A stretch of DNA of 64,000 bases from Candidatus Dormiibacterota bacterium. Its GTDB lineage: Bacteria; Chloroflexota; Dormibacteria; Aeolococcales; Aeolococcaceae. The notes beneath the pieces are model-generated. The model made no database searches and was not told the DNA's origin. It saw only the letters and a program-made list of their open reading frames with translations. The DNA is taken from contig JBAUTG010000005.1 of assembly GCA_049582105.1 (NCBI GenBank), positions 2,672-66,671 on the forward strand, given 5' to 3'. The position numbers and the translations under genes are program-made. Positions 16,478 through 25,017 of the stretch are shown piece by piece; position 1 is the first letter of the stretch; each line of letters starts with the position of its first letter.

Positions 16478-17866
16478 TCACGCCTGGCTGAGCCAGAGGT
16501 GGATCGCTGCGTGCGCGCGCCACGGTCGCCAGCGTTCCGCGATCCCGAAGACGGCGGAGGGCGCCACGCTCGTGCCCGTGAGACGCTCGATTCCTCTGCG
16601 GATGCCGAGGTCCCCGGCCGGAAACGCGTCGGGCTCACCCATGCGGAGTGCGAGGTAGTTCGCCGTCCACGGACCGAGTCCCGGCAGCCCGACGACGCCG
16701 GCGACCAGCTCATCGAGGCGCATGCTCCGATCCAGCCGGAGCGTGCCGTCCGAGACCGCGCGCGAGAAGCTCCGGATCGCGGCCACGCGTGCCCGGGTGA
16801 GGCCGATCCCGTCGAGATCGGCGTCGGCCAGCGCGCCCGCCGTGGGGAACAGATGGGTCAGCCCCATCTGCCCGAGACCTGGAACGGCGACCCCATGTCG
16901 CTCGACAAGCCGGCCGATGATCGTCCCCGCCCCTGCGACGGAGACCTGCTGCCCGACGATGGCGCGCACGCCCACCTCGAAGGGATCCCAGACCCCGGGC
17001 ACGCGCACCCCGTCATGGGATCGGATCGATCGCGCGAGGATGGGATCGCGGCGCAATGCCGCGTTGGCGGAGTTCAGATCCGCATCCAGGTTGAAGAGCC
17101 GCCGCACCTGCTGGACGACGTGGATGAGGCCGTTCCAGTGCGGAAGATGGGCGGTGAGCACGAGCTGGCCCGGCACGGCGAGGGCGACCTCGATGGCGCC
17201 GGGATCACCGTCGATGGCGATCGTGCGGCGGTAGACACCCCCCGAGACGTGCTCGACGCCCTTGATCGCGCGAGCGGCCATATAGCCGAGCATCGAGTGC
17301 CAGTCGAGCGGACCGTTGAAGCCGAGGCGGAGCGAGAGGCCGCCGTCCGCGACCAGGCGGTCGGCGTTCCGCCGTCGGGCTCGAAGTTCCCTGGGGGACG
17401 CCTGGAAGATCTGGCCGACGGTCCGGTTGAACTGGCGCAGGCTGCCGAAGCCCGCCGCGAAGGCGATGTCCGTCACCGAGAGGTCGCTGTCGTCGAGCAG
17501 GCGGCGCGCGAAGTGCGCGCGGCTGCTCCGCGCCAGCTGCACGGGGGTGACCCCGACCTCGTCCTGGAAGAGCCGCCGAAGGTGCCGGGCGGAGACTCCG
17601 AGACGGGCGGCCACGACCTGCTCCGTGCGCCCTTCGTCAAGACCGCCCTCCACGATGAGGCGTATTCCCCGGCATACCACCTCGGAGGCATTCCCGGTGA
17701 CCGGCGCCGCTTCGCGATACGGGCGACAGCGCAGGCACGCCCGGAAGCCGGCCGCTTCGGCGGCGGCCGCCAGGTCGTAGTGGCGGACGTTGCCGGGATT
17801 CGGGCGTCCCGCACACCCGGGCCGGCAGTAGATGCCGGTGGTCACCACCGCGTTGAATCCGTTCAC
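16478..17866 (-). CDS. alkA: Ada (AdaA)-AlkA fusion: Ada zinc-binding methylphosphotriester repair domain, AraC-type HTH and DNA-3-methyladenine glycosylase II domain
   Basis: The N-terminus 'CRPGCAGRP...CLRCRP' is the Ada Zn(Cys4) motif. An AraC HTH follows ('VTDIAFAAGFGSLRQFNR'). The C-terminal half is AlkA/HhH-GPD-like ('GLGPWTANYLALRMGEPDAFPAGD'). Confidence 0.85.
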   Translation of the reverse strand: MNGFNAVVTTGIYCRPGCAGRPNPGNVRHYDLAAAAEAAGFRACLRCRPYREAAPVTGNASEVVCRGIRLIVEGGLDEGRTEQVVAARLGVSARHLRRLFQDEVGVTPVQLARSSRAHFARRLLDDSDLSVTDIAFAAGFGSLRQFNRTVGQIFQASPRELRARRRNADRLVADGGLSLRLGFNGPLDWHSMLGYMAARAIKGVEHVSGGVYRRTIAIDGDPGAIEVALAVPGQLVLTAHLPHWNGLIHVVQQVRRLFNLDADLNSANAALRRDPILARSIRSHDGVRVPGVWDPFEVGVRAIVGQQVSVAGAGTIIGRLVERHGVAVPGLGQMGLTHLFPTAGALADADLDGIGLTRARVAAIRSFSRAVSDGTLRLDRSMRLDELVAGVVGLPGLGPWTANYLALRMGEPDAFPAGDLGIRRGIERLTGTSVAPSAVFGIAERWRPWRAHAAIHLWLSQA

Positions 17867-17947
17867 AGCGTCTTTTGTAGCGTGATTCCCCCGGCCGTAC
17901 CGGCCGGATCCGGACGCAATCCTGACCTGTCCGGATATGACCGGAGC

Positions 17948-18553
17948 ATGTCCGCGTCAACGAGCGATCCTTGGCTCGTGCCATCTCCCGCCCCGTCATC
18001 CGCCGGCTACGCGCCAACACCGCTGGGGCGCGTCCTCGTCGCCATCGCGGACGAGCACCTGGTCGGCCTCTACTTCGACGGCCACGAGCGGACGCCCGCG
18101 CTCGACGGCGTCCCTCACGTCGAGACTGCTGCCCTCGCGCTCGTGCGGAGACAGCTGGCCGAGTACTTCGCCGGCAGCCGTGACACCTTCGAGCTTCCCA
18201 TCCGGCCCGAGGGGACCTCATTTCAACGCGACGTCTGGACTGCGCTGGTTGCCATCCCGCCGGGGACGACCGCAACCTATTCGGAGATCGCGGAGCGGAT
18301 CGGCCGGCCCCGGGCTTCTCGGGCTGTGGGCGCGGCCAACGGCGGCAATCCAATCTCCATCGTGATTCCGTGCCACCGTCTCGTCGGCGCCGGCGGCGGA
18401 TTGACCGGGTACGGCTGGGGACTCCAGCGCAAGGAATGGCTCATCGCGCACGAGCGAACGATGGCGGAAGCCCGCGCCGCGTCTGGGTCCGGGTCAGATC
18501 CTCGAGGTCGTGACCGTGACGGTGTCGCGGAGGCTCGGCGCCGCCGCACCTAA
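17948..18553 (+). CDS. ogt: methylated-DNA--protein-cysteine methyltransferase (Ogt/AdaB)
   Basis: The active site is 'IPCHRLVGAGGGLTGYGWGLQRKEWLIAHE' and the HTH is 'TYSEIAERIGRPRASRAVG'. It is the in-frame tail of the track ORF 16433..18553, with its start set at ATG 17948. Confidence 0.85.
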   Translation: MSASTSDPWLVPSPAPSSAGYAPTPLGRVLVAIADEHLVGLYFDGHERTPALDGVPHVETAALALVRRQLAEYFAGSRDTFELPIRPEGTSFQRDVWTALVAIPPGTTATYSEIAERIGRPRASRAVGAANGGNPISIVIPCHRLVGAGGGLTGYGWGLQRKEWLIAHERTMAEARAASGSGSDPRGRDRDGVAEARRRRT

Positions 18554-19504
18554 GGCGTTTCCGGCGCCAGTGCCGTTGTGGCCGTTGTGGCCGTTGCGGC
18601 TCTGGTGGGCGTTGCCGCCGCGGTGGCCGGTGTTCCCACCGCCGTTGAAGAAGTCCTGGAGCACCTTGAGCTGGCGGTGCACCGCAGCCTCGTTCCAGCC
18701 ATGGCCCTGATCACTGTCCGTGAAGGTATTGAGACCCGGGAGCTTCGCGATCAGGCACTTGAGCCGCTCGACATCGACGAGGCGATCGTGCCGGGCGACG
18801 ATGATCAGGGTCGCGGCGGCGCGGGCTGCGACGACGTCGACGTCGTCCCTCCGAAGGCAGTCGTTGAGCCACTCCCGAGCGGCGCGCGGGTCAGCGCGAC
18901 GCTGGTTCTCGTAGTTCACGTCGGCCGTGCGGTCGTCGACGTCACCCTCGACGATCACGAAGCGCTTGTAGAGATCGCTGATCCATCGCTGGCGGCTCAG
19001 CCACACCACCGCGTCCCACATCGGCCGCCCGCTGAGCACCTGGATCTGCGCGCGATACCGGCGTCGCATGAGATTCGGCGACAGCAACGGCGTGTGCAGC
19101 ACGAGACGCTCGGCCCTGTCACCTGCACGTTTCGCGAGCGCGCAGGCAACGGTCGCCCCGAGGCAGAGGCCCCCGACATCGAACCGATCGATCTTGAGCG
19201 CGGTCAGCAGGTCGAAGACGAGGTCTGCCATCGCGGCTGAGGTGTGCCTCCCACGAAGCGGTGGGGAAGCGCCGTTGCCCGGCAGGTCGGGAATGATCAG
19301 CGTCCGATGTGCGCCAAGCTCGCTGAAGCGGCCGCCGAATTCCTCGGCCGAGCTGAGGAACCCGTGGCACAGCACCAGAGGCTTGCCCTCACCGCCGACC
19401 AGGTAACGGAGTGTCTGGCCGCGGATCGTGACGAACCGCTCGTCGAGCACCGTCGGGTCGTTTCGAGTGTCAGGCGAAACCCTGGCGGCCAGGGTGCGCG
19501 TCAA
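18494..19504 (-). CDS. alpha/beta hydrolase fold protein with a C-terminal His/Asn/Gly-rich tail
   Basis: It contains 'KPLVLCHGFLSSAEEFGGRF...IPDLPGNGASPP' (the HG oxyanion region) and the nucleophile elbow 'GLCLGATVA'. The tail is 'GGGNTGHRGGNAHQSRNGHNGHNGTGAGN'. Confidence 0.65.
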   Translation of the reverse strand: MTRTLAARVSPDTRNDPTVLDERFVTIRGQTLRYLVGGEGKPLVLCHGFLSSAEEFGGRFSELGAHRTLIIPDLPGNGASPPLRGRHTSAAMADLVFDLLTALKIDRFDVGGLCLGATVACALAKRAGDRAERLVLHTPLLSPNLMRRRYRAQIQVLSGRPMWDAVVWLSRQRWISDLYKRFVIVEGDVDDRTADVNYENQRRADPRAAREWLNDCLRRDDVDVVAARAAATLIIVARHDRLVDVERLKCLIAKLPGLNTFTDSDQGHGWNEAAVHRQLKVLQDFFNGGGNTGHRGGNAHQSRNGHNGHNGTGAGNALGAAAPSLRDTVTVTTSRI

Positions 19505-19650
19505 GACCGGTCACCGTGCATCAATGGCCCCATTAAAGACGCACCGAGGCGCCGTGCGTCGTCCGGTGGCGTACACATGGGCGCCAGTGGCACACGCCCG
19601 GCGACCGCTTCACCCGGGTCGCGACACCGGATTGATCTCGAACATCAGAG

Positions 19651-20538
19651 GTGGAGGCATCTCGACAGGTGACTGACATCGCGCTCGCGACCTGCTCGTC
19701 TCTCCCGGACCTCGACGAGGACGAGCGTCTGCTCATCCCGGCGCTCGCGGCGCGCGGCGTCCACGCAGAACCCAGAATCTGGGACGACGCGTCCGTCGAC
19801 TGGGGTGGGTTTCGCGCCGTCGTCGTGCGTTCGACGTGGGACTACGCAGATCGCCGCGATGCGTTTCTTGCCTGGGGTGCGCGCCCCCGTCAGTTGATGA
19901 ACGACATCGCGGTGATCCGGTGGAACACGAACAAGCGATACCTCCGCGAACTGGCGGCTGCAGGCATTCCCGTCGTGCCGACGACGTGGATCGATCCCGA
20001 GACAGCCCGCGAGGCAGCACTGCTTCCTCTCGGGCCAGTGGTCGTGAAACCGTCGATCTCGGCCGGAGCGCGCGACACCTCGCGGTATGGATCCGGCGAG
20101 CTCGCGCGCGCCCACGTCGACCGGCTCCTTGCCGAAGGGCGCACCGTCATGGTCCAGCCGTACATCCCGTCGGTTGACAGCGCGGGCGAGACGGGGCTCA
20201 TCTATATCGACGGGATCTTCTCGCATTCGATACGCAAGGGCCCGGTGCTCCATGCGCCGGGAGTGGCCACGGAGGACCTCTGGGCGCCGGAGGACATCTC
20301 CTCCCGCGATCCGGACGAGGCCGAACGAGCTGTTGCCGACGCCACTCTCGACAGGCTCCCGTGGCCGCGCGAGGAGCTGGTCTACGCCCGAGTGGACATC
20401 GTCCGCGGCGGCGACGACGCTCCGATGCTGCTGGAGCTGGAGCTCGCCGAGCCCTCCCTGTTTCTTCAGTTCGGCGCCGGCGCCGCGGACCGGCTTGCCA
20501 CCGCGATCACACGCCGTCTCCGCCTCGAACATGCGTGA
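19651..20538 (+). CDS. ATP-grasp domain protein (RimK / glutathione synthetase-like ligase)
   Basis: It contains 'VVKPSISAGARDTSRY', 'TVMVQPYIPSVDSAGETGLIYIDG' and 'YARVDIV', the ATP-grasp nucleotide-binding blocks. Confidence 0.6.
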   Translation: MEASRQVTDIALATCSSLPDLDEDERLLIPALAARGVHAEPRIWDDASVDWGGFRAVVVRSTWDYADRRDAFLAWGARPRQLMNDIAVIRWNTNKRYLRELAAAGIPVVPTTWIDPETAREAALLPLGPVVVKPSISAGARDTSRYGSGELARAHVDRLLAEGRTVMVQPYIPSVDSAGETGLIYIDGIFSHSIRKGPVLHAPGVATEDLWAPEDISSRDPDEAERAVADATLDRLPWPREELVYARVDIVRGGDDAPMLLELELAEPSLFLQFGAGAADRLATAITRRLRLEHA

Positions 20539-20570
20539 CTCCCGCGGTCACAGCTCACCGAAAGGGTGCC

Positions 20571-20807
20571 TTAGACAGGTAGGCCCTCGGGTGTCTCAGG
20601 GGCCGGCGGCTCGATCCGTCGCAGGGTCGGACCGTTCTTGTTCGCCCTGTCCCGAAGAGCCCGCTCCACTCGGTTCGTGGTGATCAACCGCGTGACCAGG
20701 GCGCTGAACGTCTCGTCCGGTCCGAGCGGTGCCTGTCGTGTGTTCGCGACACGCTCGGTCATACGGAATGCCTCACAAATCTCATCGAACGACTCCCACA
20801 ATTGCAA
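20571..20807 (-). CDS. small hypothetical protein (weak call)
   Basis: This is a 78-aa ORF in a lower-GC, otherwise gene-free 540-bp stretch upstream of the Crp-family regulator. It has no recognisable domain. Confidence 0.2.
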   Translation of the reverse strand: MQLWESFDEICEAFRMTERVANTRQAPLGPDETFSALVTRLITTNRVERALRDRANKNGPTLRRIEPPAPETPEGLPV

Positions 20808-21080
20808 TGGCGCCGATCAAGGTCGCGGTCTGCCCGAACACCCCTCGGCTACTCCCAGTTATCGCCATCCATGGCGGAAATAAGAAGTTCGGCTCGTGCG
20901 AGGAGCCGGTGCCCGCGGTCGGGATCCACGAGGACGGTTCCCATTGCGACACGCTCTCCTCTGCTCGACGTGACCACTTCTGTGTCACCTCGCGCGCTGC
21001 TGTGCGTCATAATCTGACGAACACCTTTCGCAAAGTCTGTCCGTGATCGCACACACGGCCGGCCGCTACCCCCTCGAGGC

Positions 21081-21830
21081 ATGATTCCCACCGCAGGAAG
21101 CAAGGGTTTCCCGTTCGGTCAGAACCGGATTCTCGCAGCCCTGCCGCCCTCCGAGCGTCAAGAACTGTTCGAAGTCGTTCGGACCGTCAGCTTGCCGGTC
21201 AAAACGGTTCTGTTCGAACCGGGCGCCGCTGTGGACGCGGTTCACTTCCCCACGGACGGAGTCATCTCACTCGTCACCCCCCTGCACGACGGTGCCATCG
21301 TGGAGGTGGCCACCATCGGCAACGAGGGGATCGTCGGAGTCCCGCTCGTTCCGCTGGGAGGGCTCGCGGTCCGCGCCATCTCCCAGGTGGCCGGTCACTG
21401 CCTGCGCATGGAGGCCCCGACATTTCTCGAATGGGCGGAGAGGAGCCCCACGTTCCAGACGCTCGTGGAGAGCTACACTCAGGCGCTGTTCGGTCAGATC
21501 TCGCAGGCGGCGGCGTGCAATCGCCTCCATTCGAGCGAGGAGCGCCTCAGCCGCTGGCTCCTCATGAGCCATGACCGGGTGGGATCTGACGAGTTCATGA
21601 TCACCCAGGAGTTCCTCGGACAGATGCTGGCCGCCCGGAGATCGACGGTTTCGGTGTCCGCGGGCATCCTGCAGCGTGCGGGACTCATCCGCTACGTACG
21701 CGGGCACGTGACAATCGTCGATCGCCGCGGCCTCGAGGCCGTCGCCTGCGAGTGCTACGCGGTGATCAAGGCGGAGCTGGAGCGCGTGGTGCAACGGTCG
21801 CCCGGACCAGGCGAAGGGGCGACCTCCTAG
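21081..21830 (+). CDS. Crp/Fnr family transcriptional regulator (cNMP-binding domain plus C-terminal HTH)
   Basis: There is a cNMP-binding beta-barrel region, and the C-terminal HTH is 'QEFLGQMLAARRSTVSVSAGILQRAGLIRYVRGHVTIVDRRGLE'. Confidence 0.8.
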   Translation: MIPTAGSKGFPFGQNRILAALPPSERQELFEVVRTVSLPVKTVLFEPGAAVDAVHFPTDGVISLVTPLHDGAIVEVATIGNEGIVGVPLVPLGGLAVRAISQVAGHCLRMEAPTFLEWAERSPTFQTLVESYTQALFGQISQAAACNRLHSSEERLSRWLLMSHDRVGSDEFMITQEFLGQMLAARRSTVSVSAGILQRAGLIRYVRGHVTIVDRRGLEAVACECYAVIKAELERVVQRSPGPGEGATS

Positions 21831-21863
21831 AGTTCGGGTCGTCGTGATGATCCGGGTGCTGCC

Positions 21864-22784
21864 GTGAGCCGCTCACCTTCGGGCGCGCAGTACGAGCTGA
21901 CCTGTGGCGATCAGCACGCCGTCGTCGTCGAGCTCGGTGCCGGGTTGCGGTCGTACGGAAGCGCCATGGATATCGTCGACGGGTACGCGCGCGACGAGCC
22001 CTGCCCGGGAAGTCGCGGAGAGCTGCTGCTCCCCTGGCCGAACCGGATCGCCGGCGGCCGCTATGCCTTCGAAGGGCGAGCACTGCAGCTCCCCGTCAAT
22101 GAGACGAGGACGGGAAGCGCGATTCACGGCCTGACCCGGGAGATGCCCTGGCGCGCGGTCGACCTGTCATCGGATCATGTTTCCCTCACGCTCGATCTGC
22201 ATCCGCAGCAGGGCTATCCGTTCGAGCTCGGCCTCGCAGTCACCTACGCGCTCAGCGCCACCGGTCTGGCCGTGCACACCACCGCGACGAACCGCAGTGA
22301 CACGTCCTGTCCGTATGGAGCAGGAGCGCATCCGTACGTGCGCGTCGCGGACGGGGAGCTCATCGACGATGCGGTGCTGACGGTTCCCGCATCAGTCACG
22401 CTCGAGGCCGATGCCCTCGGCATTCCGACCGGTGACGCACACAAGGTTGACGGCACCGCATTCGACTTCCGCGCTCCACGGCCTATCGGCGCAACGATTC
22501 TCGACACCGCGTACACGGATCTCCGCGCCGACGACGACGGTATCACGCGCATCTCGCTCGCTCCCTCCGGTGGAGGGCACGAGGTGGTCGTCTGGATGGA
22601 CGCGACACACCCGTACGCGATGATCTACAGCGGCGACACGCTCGCGGATGTGCCCCGGCGGCGCCATGGGCTCGCGATCGAGCCGATGACGTGCGCCCCC
22701 AACGCCTTCAACTCCGGTGCGGGACTGATCACGCTCCAACCCGGCGAAAGCCACACGAGCACATGGGGAATCACCGCTCCGTGA
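21864..22784 (+). CDS. aldose 1-epimerase (galactose mutarotase-like) family protein
   Basis: It contains 'RGELLLPWPNRIAGGRYAFEGRALQLPVNE...HGL' and 'GAGAHPY', consistent with the mutarotase fold. Confidence 0.7.
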   Translation: MSRSPSGAQYELTCGDQHAVVVELGAGLRSYGSAMDIVDGYARDEPCPGSRGELLLPWPNRIAGGRYAFEGRALQLPVNETRTGSAIHGLTREMPWRAVDLSSDHVSLTLDLHPQQGYPFELGLAVTYALSATGLAVHTTATNRSDTSCPYGAGAHPYVRVADGELIDDAVLTVPASVTLEADALGIPTGDAHKVDGTAFDFRAPRPIGATILDTAYTDLRADDDGITRISLAPSGGGHEVVVWMDATHPYAMIYSGDTLADVPRRRHGLAIEPMTCAPNAFNSGAGLITLQPGESHTSTWGITAP

Positions 22785-22830
22785 CGTCCTCAAGCCCTCT
22801 GGTGTCGCAGTGAATAGGAGGCCACACATC

Positions 22831-23133
22831 ATGATGCTCACGGTCATCGCACACTATCGAGCGCAGACTGGGCTCGGCGACGACGTCGCGACGATCCTCG
22901 CACGGCATGTGACACCGAGCCGTGCCGAGCCCGGGTGTGTCGCGTTCGTCGCATACCGCTCAACGGACGACCCCGACGTCTTCGCGCTGTACGAACAGTA
23001 TGTCGACGACACTGCATTCCAGCAGCATCGCGAGACGGCTCACTACAAGGAATACATCGAAAACGGCGTCGTACCGCTGCTGGCGGAGCGCACCTGGCAG
23101 CGATACGGCACCGTCGAGCCGCCCGCCGTGTGA
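22831..23133 (+). CDS. antibiotic biosynthesis monooxygenase (ABM) domain protein
   Basis: It contains 'MMLTVIAHYRAQ...VAFVAYRSTDDPDVFALYEQYVDDTAFQQHRETAHYKEY'. The start was set at ATG 22831, 9 nt after AGGAGG; the track's GTG 22810 lies upstream of the RBS. Confidence 0.7.
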   Translation: MMLTVIAHYRAQTGLGDDVATILARHVTPSRAEPGCVAFVAYRSTDDPDVFALYEQYVDDTAFQQHRETAHYKEYIENGVVPLLAERTWQRYGTVEPPAV

Positions 23134-23365
23134 GCCGCCTGAGGCCTCAGACGGCCGCGCCGGAGATCGCCGGCACGTTCTCACGCCGGAGCGTGTCCAC
23201 AAGTGCGAGGAGTGCCCAGGCGACGCCGAGTCGTGGCCGGGCGGGCCAACGCTCCCCTCGCGGGACGCCGGGGTGCTCGGCGCACAGTCGAACGCGATCG
23301 ACGCGGATGCGACCATGTGGGCGTTCTTCGAGGCGCACCCCCTCCGCGAGCGTTGAATCCCGCGG

Positions 23366-24211
23366 TCAGCCGCTCCTCCAGGCGTCGATGACCTGCCGGA
23401 GGCCGGAGCGGTAGTCGGTGTGCAGGGGGCGGAACCCACGCGGGCGAGGCCGATCCGGAGCCTCTGCGGAGGCGAGGTCGACCTGCTGCACGTGCTCCTC
23501 CGCAATGAGCCCGCGCGTCAGCGGACGCAGCAACCCGGGAATGTGCAGTGGGACACGATTCCCGACAAGACGCGCGAAATGATCCATGAACGTCGCGAAC
23601 GAAACCGGCGTGTCGTCGGCCGCGTACAGGGTGCGGCCGGCAGGCCGCTGGCGCGCTGCGGCAAGCAATGCCGACGCGGCATCGTCGCTGTGCAGGTGTC
23701 GCTGCTTGACCCTCGTCGAACCCGCCCAGTACGGCCGCCCGATGCGAAACGCGAGCTGGTAGCTGCGCAGGTCGCGAGATTCAGGGCCGTAGCGATACCC
23801 GAGGCGCACGACGCACGAGGGCACCCTGCCGCGCAACACAAGATCTTCAGCTTCGAGCGCGGCGGCGGCGATATCGCCGATCGGTGGCCCGACTCCCTCC
23901 TCCAGCGCAGGAGTGCCAAGAAAGAGATAGCTCGCGTGCACGACGAAGTCCGAGCCAACGGCCTCACGCAGCGCCGCGCGCGTGTCGTTGAGCAACCGGG
24001 TCGCCCGGTACCGTCTCCACGCGTGTCCGTCGTGCAGCAGCGTGTTCGGTGACTGCAGCGCCAGGTTCACGACGACGCGCGGCGCACCGCTCGATGGTCG
24101 CAAGCCGGTGAGCGCGCGCCCCATCGCCGCAGCGAGCTCACCTCGTGGGGCGGTGAGGATGATCTCCACGTTCTCGCAAGTATCGTCGAGCCCGTCGAAC
24201 CGATGAGCCAT
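23366..24211 (-). CDS. NAD(P)-dependent epimerase/dehydratase (NmrA-like) family protein with a degenerate Rossmann motif
   Basis: It has an extended-SDR-like organisation ('IILTAPRGELAAAMGRAL' in place of GxxGxxG; 'YAADDTPVSFATFMDHFARLVG'). The start was taken at the internal ATG 24211 to avoid a 90-bp overlap with the divergent gene. Confidence 0.45.
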   Translation of the reverse strand: MAHRFDGLDDTCENVEIILTAPRGELAAAMGRALTGLRPSSGAPRVVVNLALQSPNTLLHDGHAWRRYRATRLLNDTRAALREAVGSDFVVHASYLFLGTPALEEGVGPPIGDIAAAALEAEDLVLRGRVPSCVVRLGYRYGPESRDLRSYQLAFRIGRPYWAGSTRVKQRHLHSDDAASALLAAARQRPAGRTLYAADDTPVSFATFMDHFARLVGNRVPLHIPGLLRPLTRGLIAEEHVQQVDLASAEAPDRPRPRGFRPLHTDYRSGLRQVIDAWRSG

Positions 24212-24240
24212 CCCCCGCGTCCGCGTGGTATGACCAACAT

Positions 24241-25017
24241 ATGACCTCTGCCAAGCGTCCTTCGATGGCGCTCTTCGTGAGCGAGCCGGGCCGCGCCGTC
24301 GCGGACTATGCGGCGATGCTCGCAACATCACCCGTGCTGTTCTGGGCTGCGCGCGGCGACGGACACCCGGTGCTCGTGATGCCCGGCCTGCTTGCGGAGG
24401 ACGCCTCGACCGCGATCCTGCGCTTCTACCTTCGCTCCATCGGCTATGAGGTCCACGGCTGGCGTCTCGGCCGGAACCTCGGTCCGACGCCGGAGATCAT
24501 GCACGGAATGACCGCACGCCTCGAGGAATTGGAGGCGACGGCAGGAAGACGCGTCAGCCTGGTGGGCTGGAGCCTTGGAGGGATCTTCGCGCGGGAGCTG
24601 GCGCGATCGAGGCCGACGCTCGTCCGTCAGGTGATCACGCTCGGGAGCCCGTTCGGCCTGGACGACCTGCGCCACAGTCGCGTCGACGCCGTGTATCAGC
24701 GGCTGACGGGACGGCACGTGAGCGCGAACTCCCTGCCTCTGCGAGAGCACCTGCGCCGTCCGATCCCGGTGCCGACGACTGCCGTCTACTCCCGGTTCGA
24801 CGGAGTCGTGCCATGGGAGGCCTGCATCAACACGCCTGGCCCGCGCTGCGAGAACGTCGCCGTCTACGGAAGCCACATGGGGTTGGGGCACAACCCCGCA
24901 GTCCTCTGGGTTGTCGCAGACCGCCTAGCGCAGATCGAGGGCGCCTGGCGTACCTTCAGGCCGCCGTCGGTCGCCCGTCATCTCTTTCCAGAACGCGGAG
25001 CGGCCGAAGCGGCCTGA
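24241..25017 (+). CDS. alpha/beta hydrolase (lipase/esterase-like, GWSLGG nucleophile elbow)
   Basis: It contains 'PVLVMPGLLAEDASTAILRFYLRSIGYEVHGW...VSLVGWSLGGIFAREL'. Confidence 0.7.
   Translation: MTSAKRPSMALFVSEPGRAVADYAAMLATSPVLFWAARGDGHPVLVMPGLLAEDASTAILRFYLRSIGYEVHGWRLGRNLGPTPEIMHGMTARLEELEATAGRRVSLVGWSLGGIFARELARSRPTLVRQVITLGSPFGLDDLRHSRVDAVYQRLTGRHVSANSLPLREHLRRPIPVPTTAVYSRFDGVVPWEACINTPGPRCENVAVYGSHMGLGHNPAVLWVVADRLAQIEGAWRTFRPPSVARHLFPERGAAEAA

Noticed and set aside
16433-18553. 706-aa plus-strand ORF
   Set aside because: Only the last ~200 codons (Ogt, from ATG 17948) are real. The rest runs antisense through the Ada-AlkA gene and is R/P/G-rich.
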